Below are positions 47,482 to 57,820 of a stretch of 64,000 bases of DNA, piece after piece. The position numbers and the translations under genes were made by a program. Below the pieces are notes generated by a model, which did not search any database, was not told the origin of the DNA, and saw nothing but the letters and a program-made list of their open reading frames with translations. The first letter of the stretch is position 1. The number at the start of each line of letters is the position of its first letter. Origin of the DNA: a virus; the IMG/VR virus record IMGVR_UViG_3300045988_091011, positions 50,138 through 114,137 of that record. The stretch is one strand, 5' to 3'.

Positions 47482-48279
47482 TTAATTAGATGCAAATATG
47501 CGAATTTTGTTTAGATATCCTTCTGTCATCTCTATGAAATTCACACAATCTAATTTGCTTAACTTGTAAATCAATGCCGGATTGTGTATTATGGCTATAA
47601 TTTGTGTTTGTGGTTTATGGAATGACAATACATTATAAATTTGCATTATGTTATCAATATCAAGATTCCTGTCTGGCTCATCCATGAGAACCGTGTATTC
47701 AAAACTGCTTTTTGTTAATGCTATGCGGTTTCTTTTATAATACTTCAACAGGTTATCAATTCTTTTAATCCAAAACGCATTTGATTTTTTCTTGTATTCT
47801 ACAAGATCTTGTATTGGAAATGTATAATCCTTTTGACCGAACATTAAATTGAAAAGTGATTCCAATGATAACACCACTTTCTCTCCATAAGATCTTTGAA
47901 TATTATTCACATACAAATCTAAGTTGCTGATGTTTTTCAATACGCTATCTCGATTCATCTCCGCCGATGGCAATAAACGGAATACTTTCCCTGCATAATC
48001 GGATGATATGTCAATCCCATCAAAAACCTTATCATCGTCATCAAATATAGGTGGAAAATCCAGTGCCTCGGTCGGCATTTCAGAGCACATGGATTTCTCG
48101 CATAACGCATACATTGATATGATGTTAAGCAAGGTTGATTTTCCGCTACCGTTTTTACCTATAATTACATTCACTCCTGGCTTGAAAATAAATTCTCTGC
48201 CATTTTCAAATGCTTCTATATCCGAAACATATTCAAATGGAGTTTTTGTATTGTCTTTTATTTTTACTGATGTTATCAT
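47482..48279 (-). CDS. ABC/AAA_21-type P-loop ATPase, 265 aa.
   Basis: Walker A GKNGSGKSTLLN. Walker B VLMDEPDRNLD. H-loop-like IIAIIHNP. Confidence 0.7.
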   Translation of the reverse strand: MITSVKIKDNTKTPFEYVSDIEAFENGREFIFKPGVNVIIGKNGSGKSTLLNIISMYALCEKSMCSEMPTEALDFPPIFDDDDKVFDGIDISSDYAGKVFRLLPSAEMNRDSVLKNISNLDLYVNNIQRSYGEKVVLSLESLFNLMFGQKDYTFPIQDLVEYKKKSNAFWIKRIDNLLKYYKRNRIALTKSSFEYTVLMDEPDRNLDIDNIMQIYNVLSFHKPQTQIIAIIHNPALIYKLSKLDCVNFIEMTEGYLNKIRIFASN

Positions 48280-48290
48280 TGTAATCCTTT

Positions 48291-49127
48291 TTAAAAATCA
48301 ATTACCGTCCGAACCATGTCTCCGATGTGCTTGTTGCCGGTGCCCGTGAGGCCACTGGAGAAGACCACGTACCACGCGACGGCCTGGCTGCTCTCAGTAC
48401 TGGACCAATACCACGTCGAGGAGAGGGGAGATGCCGAAACATAAGTGAATGCTTTGTTTAGTTCGTCCATATAATGGGCCATTAAATTTAATTGACCAAG
48501 AGATGGTATATACTCGCCATCTTCCAGCAGATTTCTCAATTTTGGATTTCTGGCTACAAGGCGTTCCGTATTGCCGCGTCCGTCAATGTCAAACAGCGCA
48601 TCACATTCACGTTCGTAATATGTCCCACTTCCGGATTCTTCACGGCTATCATCGTCAAGCAATTGTACGATATCATGCTCCGTCAGTGAGATTGCAAATG
48701 ACATGTATCTGTGCTTCAACCCAATGTATCGTACACAATCTTTGGAGTTATCGCCGGTAAACGGCTCAGCGTGTCCATTTCCGTAGATTAGATACAAACC
48801 ATCTTTTCTTGATGGTACTCTATTTTCACATACGCATCTTTCATTTTTGGGACTTACAATTATGTTCAACCCATTCAACACATGATCTTTTATAACCTCC
48901 TTACATATTCTTCTTACAAAATCATAATCTCTTTGTTTAAGCTCATCTGCTACCATACATCTGATCCAGTTTTCTATCTGATTGTTTCCTCCGTATGTAT
49001 TAAGCATACACTGTTTTACGAGTTTTTCCAATAATGGCTCTATGTTTTTTATTATATCTTCTTTGGTAAGGTGAAGTTCATTCAATATACAGTTCCTTAC
49101 TGCCTTGTATTCTTTACTTGTGCTCAT
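48291..49127 (-). CDS. Hypothetical protein, 278 aa, encoded immediately 5' of the ATPase gene (same strand, 12-nt gap).
   Basis: ORF. No motif recognised. Confidence 0.6.
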   Translation of the reverse strand: MSTSKEYKAVRNCILNELHLTKEDIIKNIEPLLEKLVKQCMLNTYGGNNQIENWIRCMVADELKQRDYDFVRRICKEVIKDHVLNGLNIIVSPKNERCVCENRVPSRKDGLYLIYGNGHAEPFTGDNSKDCVRYIGLKHRYMSFAISLTEHDIVQLLDDDSREESGSGTYYERECDALFDIDGRGNTERLVARNPKLRNLLEDGEYIPSLGQLNLMAHYMDELNKAFTYVSASPLSSTWYWSSTESSQAVAWYVVFSSGLTGTGNKHIGDMVRTVIDF

Positions 49128-49138
49128 AATATACCGAT

Positions 49139-49606
49139 TTAATATTGTGAATCATATTTTCTTTCTCTCCCACTGTCTTCCCCTATCGGATTGTCCCATC
49201 CATATTTTACAGCCGTAGCTTTAAATAGAGGGAGTCCATAAAATGCATAATCATCCTCACCCCAGCCTTCAAGACCTTCTTCCAGAATGTAGTTCCACAT
49301 CATCACACATTCAAACATCAAACTGGCTGATATTCCTCTCTGATTTAATGCCTTTTCAAAACCGAATCTCACGTCTTCTTCAAGCTGTTTCAGGACATTT
49401 TCTCTGGTAAATTCAACTACAGTACTGTTCCACTTTTCCTCGTTATCATATTCTTCATTCGGCTCCATACCGAAATCCTTTATCATGTTATATGGGATAA
49501 ATTTAGCCAGTCTGTTAAAATCTCTACCGTCTAAACATTTTGATGCTAATCCTTTAAGTTGTTCTAATGTTTTCATAAGCAATTTTGTTTTATAGGTTAA
49601 TCCCAT
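49139..49606 (-). CDS. Hypothetical protein, 155 aa.
   Basis: Co-oriented ORF. Confidence 0.55.
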   Translation of the reverse strand: MGLTYKTKLLMKTLEQLKGLASKCLDGRDFNRLAKFIPYNMIKDFGMEPNEEYDNEEKWNSTVVEFTRENVLKQLEEDVRFGFEKALNQRGISASLMFECVMMWNYILEEGLEGWGEDDYAFYGLPLFKATAVKYGWDNPIGEDSGRERKYDSQY

Positions 49607-50268
49607 CCTCCAGTAGTGTACAAAGATACATCTTCCTCCTCTACGTTTACACCTTTAATAGCCTGTAGAAGTTTTTTCTTTGTCTCCCGGCACATATTGT
49701 AACCATATCCTTTATACCGATATGAGCGCTCCCATGTGCTTACTGGAAAAGGAATATTTTCATCAATGACCAGCCTCTTCATATGAAGATGTTCAAAGAA
49801 TTTCTCATGGTAGAGTAGTTTGTACTCGTATGCTACTATACTTGCAGATGAGAATGGAAAATAATCATCTTCCTCTTCTTCGTATTTAGGCTCCTTGTAG
49901 TAAGCCATTTTTGCCACAGTAAAGTCGAAGCTCCTGAGAATCTCTTCAGGCTTTCCGAACTCTGACTCTATGAACTCTACCCATACCTTTTCTCCCTCTT
50001 TCTGGAATGCGCATACCTTCTCATTCCTGTACTTAAATTTCCATCCTTCTTTCTGATGTTTTTTATCATTGAACAAATCAACAGCTTCCTGAAAATCGTC
50101 TTCGCTTTCAAAGAAAATATCAATATCTTTTACTCTTTCTCCGGAAAGGATATTCTTAAAACATCCACCAGCTATGAACCCCTTGTGACCTTCCATATAT
50201 TTGTCAAGCCATCTTATTTGCCAGAAATTATCTGGAGTATCTATTATAAAATTGTTCATATCATTCAT
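49597..50268 (-). CDS. Pol-beta-superfamily nucleotidyltransferase-like protein, 223 aa.
   Basis: GGCFKNILSGERVKDIDIFF fits the hG[GS]x9-13DhD pattern. A downstream acidic FDFT follows. Confidence 0.5.
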   Translation of the reverse strand: MNDMNNFIIDTPDNFWQIRWLDKYMEGHKGFIAGGCFKNILSGERVKDIDIFFESEDDFQEAVDLFNDKKHQKEGWKFKYRNEKVCAFQKEGEKVWVEFIESEFGKPEEILRSFDFTVAKMAYYKEPKYEEEEDDYFPFSSASIVAYEYKLLYHEKFFEHLHMKRLVIDENIPFPVSTWERSYRYKGYGYNMCRETKKKLLQAIKGVNVEEEDVSLYTTGGWD

Positions 50269-50277
50269 ATTTTACTT

Positions 50278-50532
50278 TCACCATGCGAGATAAAAATTCC
50301 GCTTTACTATAACACAGTGGGTATAGTTATCCAGATCAACCCCATTTTCTTTGAATGTATCCAGAACCCTCTTTTCCACATATTTCAATTTTACTATTAT
50401 TCCCTTCCTAAACTCTTCTATTAACTTCCCGTTACATTCAATAGGCCCAATAAAACAGTACCTATTTGAAGAACTGTCACATATGCAATATGTATCACAC
50501 CCAAACATATTGCTTAAAATATCCTCGTTCAT
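50278..50532 (-). CDS. Hypothetical protein, 84 aa.
   Basis: Co-oriented ORF. Confidence 0.45.
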   Translation of the reverse strand: MNEDILSNMFGCDTYCICDSSSNRYCFIGPIECNGKLIEEFRKGIIVKLKYVEKRVLDTFKENGVDLDNYTHCVIVKRNFYLAW

Positions 50533-50621
50533 AATTTCTCTATTGTTTTAATAATGATACTCTTTATTATATTTCTTCTTCACACCATTCATCCTCCCCT
50601 ATCAATTGTTTATAATATTCG

Positions 50622-51014
50622 CTATGCTCTATCGCCAAAACATCTTGAGACAAATATTCTTGTAGCTCCAATTTGCGCATTAGTGCTTGTTAATACATCT
50701 CCTTTCTTAAAATACGCTCCAGCCTCTACTTTCAATTCCAGAGTGGTGCCGCCAATAGTACAACCTTCCGTGTTGGCATATATAGCACTTATCCCATATC
50801 CATCTTTTTTTACAAAAAGCAAATTATAAGGACCTGCACAGTCTTTCGACTCATATACAAATTCTATTTCAATATTATCAATTAATACCGAACCTTCTAT
50901 TTCTCCGCTTTTAATTTTTCTCGCCGTATTTAAATCAAACGGAACAATAATTGGATTTTCCATATTTTTCTTGTTTTTAGTTGTTATAAAATAAGATGGG
51001 TTACTTAAACCCAT
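50622..51014 (-). CDS. Hypothetical protein, 130 aa.
   Basis: Co-oriented ORF. Confidence 0.5.
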   Translation of the reverse strand: MGLSNPSYFITTKNKKNMENPIIVPFDLNTARKIKSGEIEGSVLIDNIEIEFVYESKDCAGPYNLLFVKKDGYGISAIYANTEGCTIGGTTLELKVEAGAYFKKGDVLTSTNAQIGATRIFVSRCFGDRA

Positions 51015-52066
51015 CCCAGTTGTTTTGCTATTCTCTCCATTTCGTTATATGCTATCCTATGACATCCAGCGGTTAGCAAATCGTTTTCGTACCGATTTAG
51101 ACTCCACTGGTGACCGGTGATGTCCTCCACCAGACCGTGCCGAAACTCGGCGCCCCGGTGCATTGCCGACACAGCCCGCCACAGTTTTCTGGCTTCTGCT
51201 ACTCCAATCTTTATCTGTTTACTTGTCTCAATAATATTTCCTTTTATACGGATCCAGGCGTTAGGTTTTTCACCAGGAATATAGAAAGGTGTATTCAAGA
51301 AATTGATTTCTCCTGACTTCCACTCTTCCAGTTTTTCATCAAAATCCTTGTAACGGGCTTCTTCTTCCTTTCTTAATCTCTCTAATTTTATTCTTTCTCT
51401 TTCTTCCTCACCCTTTCTCCATCTTTCAGATCTTTCTGAATACTTAATCCATGTACCTTCCCCGCAAACTTCATCAACAATCACATTTACGGTCCCTAAC
51501 ACTTTTAATCCTTGATGATCCAATAAAATTTGAAAGATGCGTTTTAATTCATGTACGTGCTTACGCTTGATACTATCTTCGCTCTTGGATAATTCATGAT
51601 TGGTTCCAAGCCAATCATTAGCACTCTTTTCAAGGATACTCTTAGCAGTTCCCATGTTAAAGAACTGAATGTAATCCATCATATTCCCAAAAGCGCCCCA
51701 AATATCTGTATAAGATAATTCTGTTTTAGCTCTTTTGTATTTTTCAATAGACTTCTTAATTGATTCCAGTTTGCTGGCAACAAACCTCATATTACCAGTA
51801 TCCGATATATTATCCCCTACACTGAAAACCATTGCCCAAGTTGGTATCGCATTACGAACATAGCATTGATGTTTGCTCGTGGTAGCAGAATAATAATCTT
51901 CATTTATCAGGTATGCTTTCTTCCCTTGTTTGTTTTTTACTATTCTCCCGACTTCAAAGTGATGCCCATAAGAATAAATACTTGTACCTTCAAAGAAGAA
52001 ATTGCTCCCTGATGCTGATTCTTCTTGTTCATGAGCCCACAAGTGAGCGACCATTGAATTGTTCAT
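51005..52066 (-). CDS. Hypothetical protein, 353 aa, with a charged ER-rich helix.
   Basis: Co-oriented ORF. Confidence 0.6.
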   Translation of the reverse strand: MNNSMVAHLWAHEQEESASGSNFFFEGTSIYSYGHHFEVGRIVKNKQGKKAYLINEDYYSATTSKHQCYVRNAIPTWAMVFSVGDNISDTGNMRFVASKLESIKKSIEKYKRAKTELSYTDIWGAFGNMMDYIQFFNMGTAKSILEKSANDWLGTNHELSKSEDSIKRKHVHELKRIFQILLDHQGLKVLGTVNVIVDEVCGEGTWIKYSERSERWRKGEEERERIKLERLRKEEEARYKDFDEKLEEWKSGEINFLNTPFYIPGEKPNAWIRIKGNIIETSKQIKIGVAEARKLWRAVSAMHRGAEFRHGLVEDITGHQWSLNRYENDLLTAGCHRIAYNEMERIAKQLGWV

Positions 52067-52078
52067 ATAAATATCTTT

Positions 52079-52393
52079 TTAATTGTTTAACTTACCTTTA
52101 TCATATGACATTCTCTTTTCGTATTTTTCAATACGTTCGGTTATCATATCGCAGAAGACTTGCCCCTCTTTTTCGGAACCTCTGAAGTAACCAACCATCT
52201 TCAGGATATTTCCGTCAAATTCATGGACAAACTTGTTATAATAATGTTCACCCATTACCCGTCCGTATTTTTCTACGAACAAATCCTTGTCCAATGATTC
52301 ATCCTTAAAGCAACGGTTGTAATCCCATCTTACGATACGAAACAATGTTTCAAAATTCAATCTTTCCATATCTTGTATTTTATTTAAGTTCAA
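52079..52393 (-). CDS. Hypothetical protein, 104 aa.
   Basis: Co-oriented ORF. Confidence 0.5.
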   Translation of the reverse strand: MNLNKIQDMERLNFETLFRIVRWDYNRCFKDESLDKDLFVEKYGRVMGEHYYNKFVHEFDGNILKMVGYFRGSEKEGQVFCDMITERIEKYEKRMSYDKGKLNN

Positions 52394-52409
52394 ACTTGAT
52401 TATTTCAAT

Positions 52410-52643
52410 TTAATCATTACACTTATGAAAAATAAAATCTGCACATTCTCCAGGAAGTGTTCCTGCGTCATTACAACGGTAAAACCCCTGCGTTCCCCAG
52501 TCTACATCTACCGGATAACCTTCTGCTGCTTCCAAGAAGCGTTGGATTTCCTCACATTCTTCATCCGTTAATCCAGTGTAATCATCATTGATTAACGGGC
52601 AAGCCCAATAAGAGGGCAGTCTGTATCTTATTACTTCTATCAT
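52410..52643 (-). CDS. Hypothetical protein, 77 aa.
   Basis: Co-oriented ORF. Confidence 0.45.
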   Translation of the reverse strand: MIEVIRYRLPSYWACPLINDDYTGLTDEECEEIQRFLEAAEGYPVDVDWGTQGFYRCNDAGTLPGECADFIFHKCND

Positions 52644-53032
52644 GGCTTTATCAGTTTACAAATTGCATCTTCAAATACCGGAATCATCCCTTTTTCTCTA
52701 AAATAAGCGGTAGCCACTTTGAAAGCATACAAAGGATTTACCTTCTTAATTTCATGCAACGATTTATAAAAATCAAGTGGCTGACATACATAGAAGTTTT
52801 CATTGCCAAGACATCCGAAAACTCTATTCATAGTTATTTCATTGCAATTACTACCGCCTAATATTATTAAGTCACATCCGGTTTTTCTGGTTCCCAGAAT
52901 AAATATCTTATCCTTGTTTCCCGGTTGCATAAATATTTCCTTGTCAATCCTAAACCAGTCGCTCTGGCAGTCCTCTACATCCCGGCGAACAATTTCGTCA
53001 ATTTCAAGTGCGTATTCTTCTTGTGTTTTCAT
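52640..53032 (-). CDS. Hypothetical protein, 130 aa.
   Basis: Co-oriented ORF. Confidence 0.5.
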   Translation of the reverse strand: MKTQEEYALEIDEIVRRDVEDCQSDWFRIDKEIFMQPGNKDKIFILGTRKTGCDLIILGGSNCNEITMNRVFGCLGNENFYVCQPLDFYKSLHEIKKVNPLYAFKVATAYFREKGMIPVFEDAICKLIKP

Positions 53033-53040
53033 AAAATATG

Positions 53041-53559
53041 TTATAAAAAATGATAAATGAATATTCCTCTTATTTTAATGATGGTTCCAGGCTTTAAACC
53101 TTGAACCCATTCTATTAGTGTTATTGGATCTTTTACAACATATCCCGGATATGAATCAATGCAAATACGATACGCGTATCTGCAAATCCCATATTTTATT
53201 ACATAAATAAGATTATGCCCATTCATATCTTTGTTAACATTCATTTTATCTACCCCATTTTGTATAGCACGCATCCATTCCTCTTTTACATCTTCTATAT
53301 TACCATTATATATAATTTCATCATCAACTTCCCCCTTTTCAAATATTTTACCAAGACAAGGGTCATTTAATAAATCCTTGATCTCACTCTTTCTGTCACA
53401 TTCTCGTATTTCTTTCGTGTAATCTATAGATGTGTTATTATAGGAGATTTCCCCATCCATGTATCTCCCTGTATATTTCGACTTTTCTTCTAATTCAAAT
53501 ATTATTCCATTCATAAAGCATTTTTTAAATGTAGTTATATAACTTCTGAATAAAATCAC
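53041..53559 (-). CDS. Hypothetical protein, 172 aa.
   Basis: Co-oriented ORF. Confidence 0.55.
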   Translation of the reverse strand: MILFRSYITTFKKCFMNGIIFELEEKSKYTGRYMDGEISYNNTSIDYTKEIRECDRKSEIKDLLNDPCLGKIFEKGEVDDEIIYNGNIEDVKEEWMRAIQNGVDKMNVNKDMNGHNLIYVIKYGICRYAYRICIDSYPGYVVKDPITLIEWVQGLKPGTIIKIRGIFIYHFL

Positions 53560-53890
53560 TCATGGTATTGGCATGTTCTCTAAGATCATACCAGTCCATT
53601 TCTTCAATATCCCAAGGTCTATTCTCCTTTATATGTGGATAGAATACGTTTGTGTCCCCTATCTCCAAATTAATCAATTCATCTATTATCGATTCCGGTT
53701 TGCCAACAATGAAATACCAATGCGTCGAAATCTCTTCTTTATCAAATTCTTCCCATTCATTATTCCAAAACTCTTTTGATGTCATGGATGGGCACTCACT
53801 CATTAACTTCTCCCAAGCCTTCTTATCTTTGTTTCTAGAACAATAGACTTTTTTAGTCTGCTCTGTAATAGGAATTTTTATTATTTTCAT
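53525..53890 (-). CDS. Hypothetical protein, 121 aa.
   Basis: Co-oriented ORF. Confidence 0.5.
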   Translation of the reverse strand: MKIIKIPITEQTKKVYCSRNKDKKAWEKLMSECPSMTSKEFWNNEWEEFDKEEISTHWYFIVGKPESIIDELINLEIGDTNVFYPHIKENRPWDIEEMDWYDLREHANTMSDFIQKLYNYI

Positions 53891-53903
53891 ATCTATATAG
53901 GTT

Positions 53904-54317
53904 TTAAAAGAAACTCCAACAAAATGTTACGATAAATTCTCCCATTCCGTATTCAGCAAGTTGCTTAAACGATTCTATTCCATTACAATAATAAAAAACA
54001 TCATCATTATCATCATCGTTGATACTCAGCGATAGTTTGATTGTCGTTCTTTTATCGTCTCCTGTCTCTTTCCATACAATCTGACATTCTACGTATTCAG
54101 GTTCCTTACCTGTTTTTTCTACAAATTCATGAAATCTTAAATCAATTTCATGTTTGACTGCTTCAACGTTAGATATTATTACCTCGTTTTCACAATCCCC
54201 GCAAATAGCATGCGCGAAAGATCCATCAAAATAATCTATTATTTTTCCGGTATTCGGATTTACTATGGCTTCACAGGCAACATTTGTTCCACCACATCTT
54301 GTACATATATATTCCAT
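53904..54317 (-). CDS. Zinc-ribbon protein, 137 aa (CTRCGG...CGDC).
   Basis: Two CxxC pairs at the N-terminus. Confidence 0.55.
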   Translation of the reverse strand: MEYICTRCGGTNVACEAIVNPNTGKIIDYFDGSFAHAICGDCENEVIISNVEAVKHEIDLRFHEFVEKTGKEPEYVECQIVWKETGDDKRTTIKLSLSINDDDNDDVFYYCNGIESFKQLAEYGMGEFIVTFCWSFF

Positions 54318-54532
54318 AATTATCTTCTTTTAAAATGTTCAATAATTTCATCTACTGTAACCTTACGCCATGTGATGCAGCCCGCGTCTCCCCTGAACCG
54401 GAGCTCTTCGCACTTTACCCCACCTGTCTCCTGTGGCGTCCGTCACTATCAGCCGTTGACCTGAATCAGTATTATTTGTAATTCTTTGGTGTTCTTTCTG
54501 ATAATACACCCTCATGATCCCCCCCCATCTCC

Positions 54533-55333
54533 TTATTCTTTCAGATTATGTTCTTTCATTATTTCTTCTATCAATTCGTCTGTTTCCATATAATAACCCC
54601 AACAGGAATCAACCTCTTCCCATTCTTCTCCCTCTTCATCCTCCCTGGATTTATCTTTGTATTTCTTGACAAATTTCACTTTCTTTTCAAGCACGTACCC
54701 CTTTACATCTCCCCACATCCACATACCTATGGATTTCACTTCATCATCAATCAATTTGTCAATTTGGGTTTTCCAATCGGAAGTATTATTACTAACCATT
54801 TTTGTGTACCTCTCCTTTGTACAGAAAGCTATACCTTTAACATAATCCCCTTGACTGTATCCTGTTGTGGACCATTCTTTGACAAATATATCCTTGCCTA
54901 AGTCTGAAAGAATCTGAATCAATTCTTCACATCCTAAGTCTTCTATAAATTCATACGTATAATCATACGTGTAAAGATCTGATGGAGAAATGCTAAAAAT
55001 TTCTTTATAATACCACATTTTATCATGGTTATCATATCTCAGTCGACAACCGTCAATCTTGCCTTTCTTAAAATAATTCAGCAAGTCTTTCCATTCAACA
55101 TATTCACTAATAAGTTTATGTAGCGCATCTATAAGCGAGTGTCGACTATCTCCGTATTTACCAAATACTTCTCTCCAATCGCACACATATTGCAGTCGGG
55201 ATGAATCGCTATATTCCCATAAGAAACATGCTGCCATATCCCAACTTTCGCAAGGACATACGCTGTCGGTATCGTAGTATATTTTTATACGATAATTCCC
55301 TACTTCTTTTGTTGTAATAAGTCTGTCTTCCAT
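54533..55333 (-). CDS. Hypothetical protein, 266 aa.
   Basis: Co-oriented ORF. Confidence 0.6.
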   Translation of the reverse strand: MEDRLITTKEVGNYRIKIYYDTDSVCPCESWDMAACFLWEYSDSSRLQYVCDWREVFGKYGDSRHSLIDALHKLISEYVEWKDLLNYFKKGKIDGCRLRYDNHDKMWYYKEIFSISPSDLYTYDYTYEFIEDLGCEELIQILSDLGKDIFVKEWSTTGYSQGDYVKGIAFCTKERYTKMVSNNTSDWKTQIDKLIDDEVKSIGMWMWGDVKGYVLEKKVKFVKKYKDKSREDEEGEEWEEVDSCWGYYMETDELIEEIMKEHNLKE

Positions 55334-55344
55334 GTCTTTGTATT

Positions 55345-55803
55345 TTAAATAGTTTTTAACTTCTCATCAATAAATGCATCTATTACATCATAGTATGAAC
55401 CATTAAAATCATAATTTTCATATTTTTCCGTAAACTCTTTAGCCCACTCTTGAATGATGGCAAATGCCTCTTCCCTGCTACATTCTTTTAATCCCATTAG
55501 ATCATCCACGGCTATCACCGACATCTCTTGCAGATTTCGTAAATAATTCAAATCTATGCTATATGGTAGCTTACCTACCTCTATACATACATAATGACCC
55601 TGTTTAAAGGCATCCTGCAAGTCTTCAAGACTCTCTATCAATGACTCGGATTCATCATCTACTCTCACCTTGTATAACTCAAAATCTTCATTTTCTGCCG
55701 ACACCCATATCTTATAGGCTTTTTCGTTGGACAATCTTTTCCAAACAAATCCGTCGCTGAATATTATCAAGTTATCTGTTACAATCGTGTTTTTCATAAT
55801 CAC
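55345..55803 (-). CDS. Hypothetical protein, 152 aa.
   Basis: Co-oriented ORF. Confidence 0.55.
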   Translation of the reverse strand: MIMKNTIVTDNLIIFSDGFVWKRLSNEKAYKIWVSAENEDFELYKVRVDDESESLIESLEDLQDAFKQGHYVCIEVGKLPYSIDLNYLRNLQEMSVIAVDDLMGLKECSREEAFAIIQEWAKEFTEKYENYDFNGSYYDVIDAFIDEKLKTI

Positions 55804-55806
55804 TTT

Positions 55807-56121
55807 CTAATCTGTTACTCTGTAATAATAATCAAGCTCTTCTCCCTTAAAGTTGCTCATAGCGTACTCGTCGGCTTCCCGCCACAACCGGTCATACAAT
55901 GCAGCCAGTTCACGATTGCTTTCATAATGCTGCCAGATTTTATGATTCAATACCAGCGTCAATTCTGTAAAGAACTTATAATCGTCTTTCCATTCGCTAA
56001 ACGCACGTTTGTAGGTATCTTTGACACCTGCTATACCATACTTGTCGGCTATGCTGAAATCTTCCCAAAAGGTAGTTATCGGGTCATAGCCTACTTCTTT
56101 CATAAATTCTTTGAATGTCAT
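55807..56121 (-). CDS. Hypothetical protein, 104 aa.
   Basis: Co-oriented ORF. Confidence 0.5.
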   Translation of the reverse strand: MTFKEFMKEVGYDPITTFWEDFSIADKYGIAGVKDTYKRAFSEWKDDYKFFTELTLVLNHKIWQHYESNRELAALYDRLWREADEYAMSNFKGEELDYYYRVTD

Positions 56122-56152
56122 AAACTATTATTTTAGGTATATAATTACCTCA

Positions 56153-56443
56153 TTAAATTTTTGAATTGTCATATAATTCCCCTGAATATGGACTGTATAT
56201 TGTTCCGGCTTCCACCGCTCCAGATTCTACCGCCATCAGTCCTACACCTACTTCATAATACAGTTCAAGATCTATTGGCTCCATCGCCATCCTCTCAGCT
56301 TCTTTCTTGCTAAGACCTGAAAGCATTAAACATTTCACCTTATTTGCGTACGCAATAGGATACTCTTTTGGAGTTAATCTTATTAAGATTACTTCTGCTT
56401 CTTCTGCGCTGTTAAGTTTTAATTCGTTTCCCATTTTATACAT
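56153..56443 (-). CDS. Hypothetical protein, 96 aa.
   Basis: Co-oriented ORF. Confidence 0.5.
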   Translation of the reverse strand: MYKMGNELKLNSAEEAEVILIRLTPKEYPIAYANKVKCLMLSGLSKKEAERMAMEPIDLELYYEVGVGLMAVESGAVEAGTIYSPYSGELYDNSKI

Positions 56444-56526
56444 TGTTTTCGTTGTTCACTATCTGATTAATGTATAATCCATGCCACGAACAGCCAGTCT
56501 GGCCTCATGGCATGGCAGGCTCCGCC

Positions 56527-56715
56527 TTACTCTGGCTGCCCCGTCCACTCCCTGTACCCTACATTAAAACCAATAGGATCATACCTTTTGATCATAGTGC
56601 CATAATTCTCTCTACCGCAATATCTGTTCCTTCCTCCAATAATCCATGCTTCATCGTCTCTATCTGGAGATATGGAGTTAAGATACTTCTCATAATCTTT
56701 TCTACTCTTTCCCAT
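56527..56715 (-). CDS. Hypothetical protein, 62 aa.
   Basis: Fills the gap between flanking co-oriented ORFs. Confidence 0.4.
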   Translation of the reverse strand: MGKSRKDYEKYLNSISPDRDDEAWIIGGRNRYCGRENYGTMIKRYDPIGFNVGYREWTGQPE

Positions 56716-57070
56716 CTTTGTCTTGATTTAAGCAATAGTTAATAAAATAAGCAACCTGTTCATTTTCCCCTGTATTATCATAATCACCTAAAGTCATATC
56801 ATCATAATCCAGCAGAACTATACGAAAATCGTTTTTTTTGACATACACTTCCGTTAAATACATAGGAATCCCAGCAATTTCTATTATCACCGGAAACTGA
56901 TCGTCAAAGTCAAATACATCATTAGTTTCTTTAAATTCTTTAAACTCTTTAAATTTTAGCTTTATAATTCCATTGTTTTCTGCTAATGCTTCTTTGATGT
57001 ACTTTAATCTTTTTGCATTCAGATCAACCTCCGCTTTTTCTATTTCTTTGTACAATTCATTCAGATCCAT
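56702..57070 (-). CDS. Hypothetical protein, 122 aa.
   Basis: Co-oriented ORF. Confidence 0.5.
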   Translation of the reverse strand: MDLNELYKEIEKAEVDLNAKRLKYIKEALAENNGIIKLKFKEFKEFKETNDVFDFDDQFPVIIEIAGIPMYLTEVYVKKNDFRIVLLDYDDMTLGDYDNTGENEQVAYFINYCLNQDKDGKE

Positions 57071-57572
57071 ATTCCACTATATTTATGTTGTCAAATTTTT
57101 CTTTTATAACATCCAAGGCGCCACACTCGTTTGTTACCATAGCATACTTTCCTGGCTTCATTCTCCACAGATTGAAATACCTTGTCACATTTATAATGTT
57201 GTTAAATAATGATATTTCGTATCTTGTATTCCCATTTACATCATGTCCAGCTTTTTTAAAATAACATAGGGTCGGCTTGTATTTGAAATAATTAAAAAGC
57301 CTATACCATCCCTTTCCGTTACATGTTTCACGATTCCATATTCCAGTAAGCTTCCTATATCCCCTTACCGGTATTTTCTCTATTTCTTTTGGTACAATCT
57401 TGACATACTCTCCTTCTCCGATTGGTATAGTCATATTACCTGCCTCTTCCGTGCAAAAGTATTCTATTTCAGATGCCATTCCTTTATACACATAGAACCG
57501 GTATGGGTTCCCGTCAGGGTCTACCCGATCCATATAGTATAATATCACTTTGTCTACTTTTATCTTTTTCAT
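57057..57572 (-). CDS. Hypothetical protein, 171 aa.
   Basis: Co-oriented ORF. RBS GGAG..AGGA upstream. Confidence 0.55.
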   Translation of the reverse strand: MKKIKVDKVILYYMDRVDPDGNPYRFYVYKGMASEIEYFCTEEAGNMTIPIGEGEYVKIVPKEIEKIPVRGYRKLTGIWNRETCNGKGWYRLFNYFKYKPTLCYFKKAGHDVNGNTRYEISLFNNIINVTRYFNLWRMKPGKYAMVTNECGALDVIKEKFDNINIVEYGSE

Positions 57573-57820
57573 TCCTTTATTCTCCTTATCTTTAAATCGT
57601 TATTCCCACAGTATTCCTTCAACCAACTATCCGTTAGATAACGATTAACTCTATCGTATTTCTTTTTCGGACCCTTGCTCCAGAATTTCCATTCGTTTGT
57701 GATATTGTACCCATATTTATCAAACCAATGGATATAATACACTACGTTACCGTACAAATCCACTCTTTTTCTTTCCTGTATGACTACCTCGTAAGGCATC
57801 TTCTTGCCTCTTTTCTCCAT
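57569..57820 (-). CDS. Hypothetical protein, 83 aa.
   Basis: Strong RBS AAAGGAGG upstream of the start. Confidence 0.55.
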   Translation of the reverse strand: MEKRGKKMPYEVVIQERKRVDLYGNVVYYIHWFDKYGYNITNEWKFWSKGPKKKYDRVNRYLTDSWLKEYCGNNDLKIRRIKE

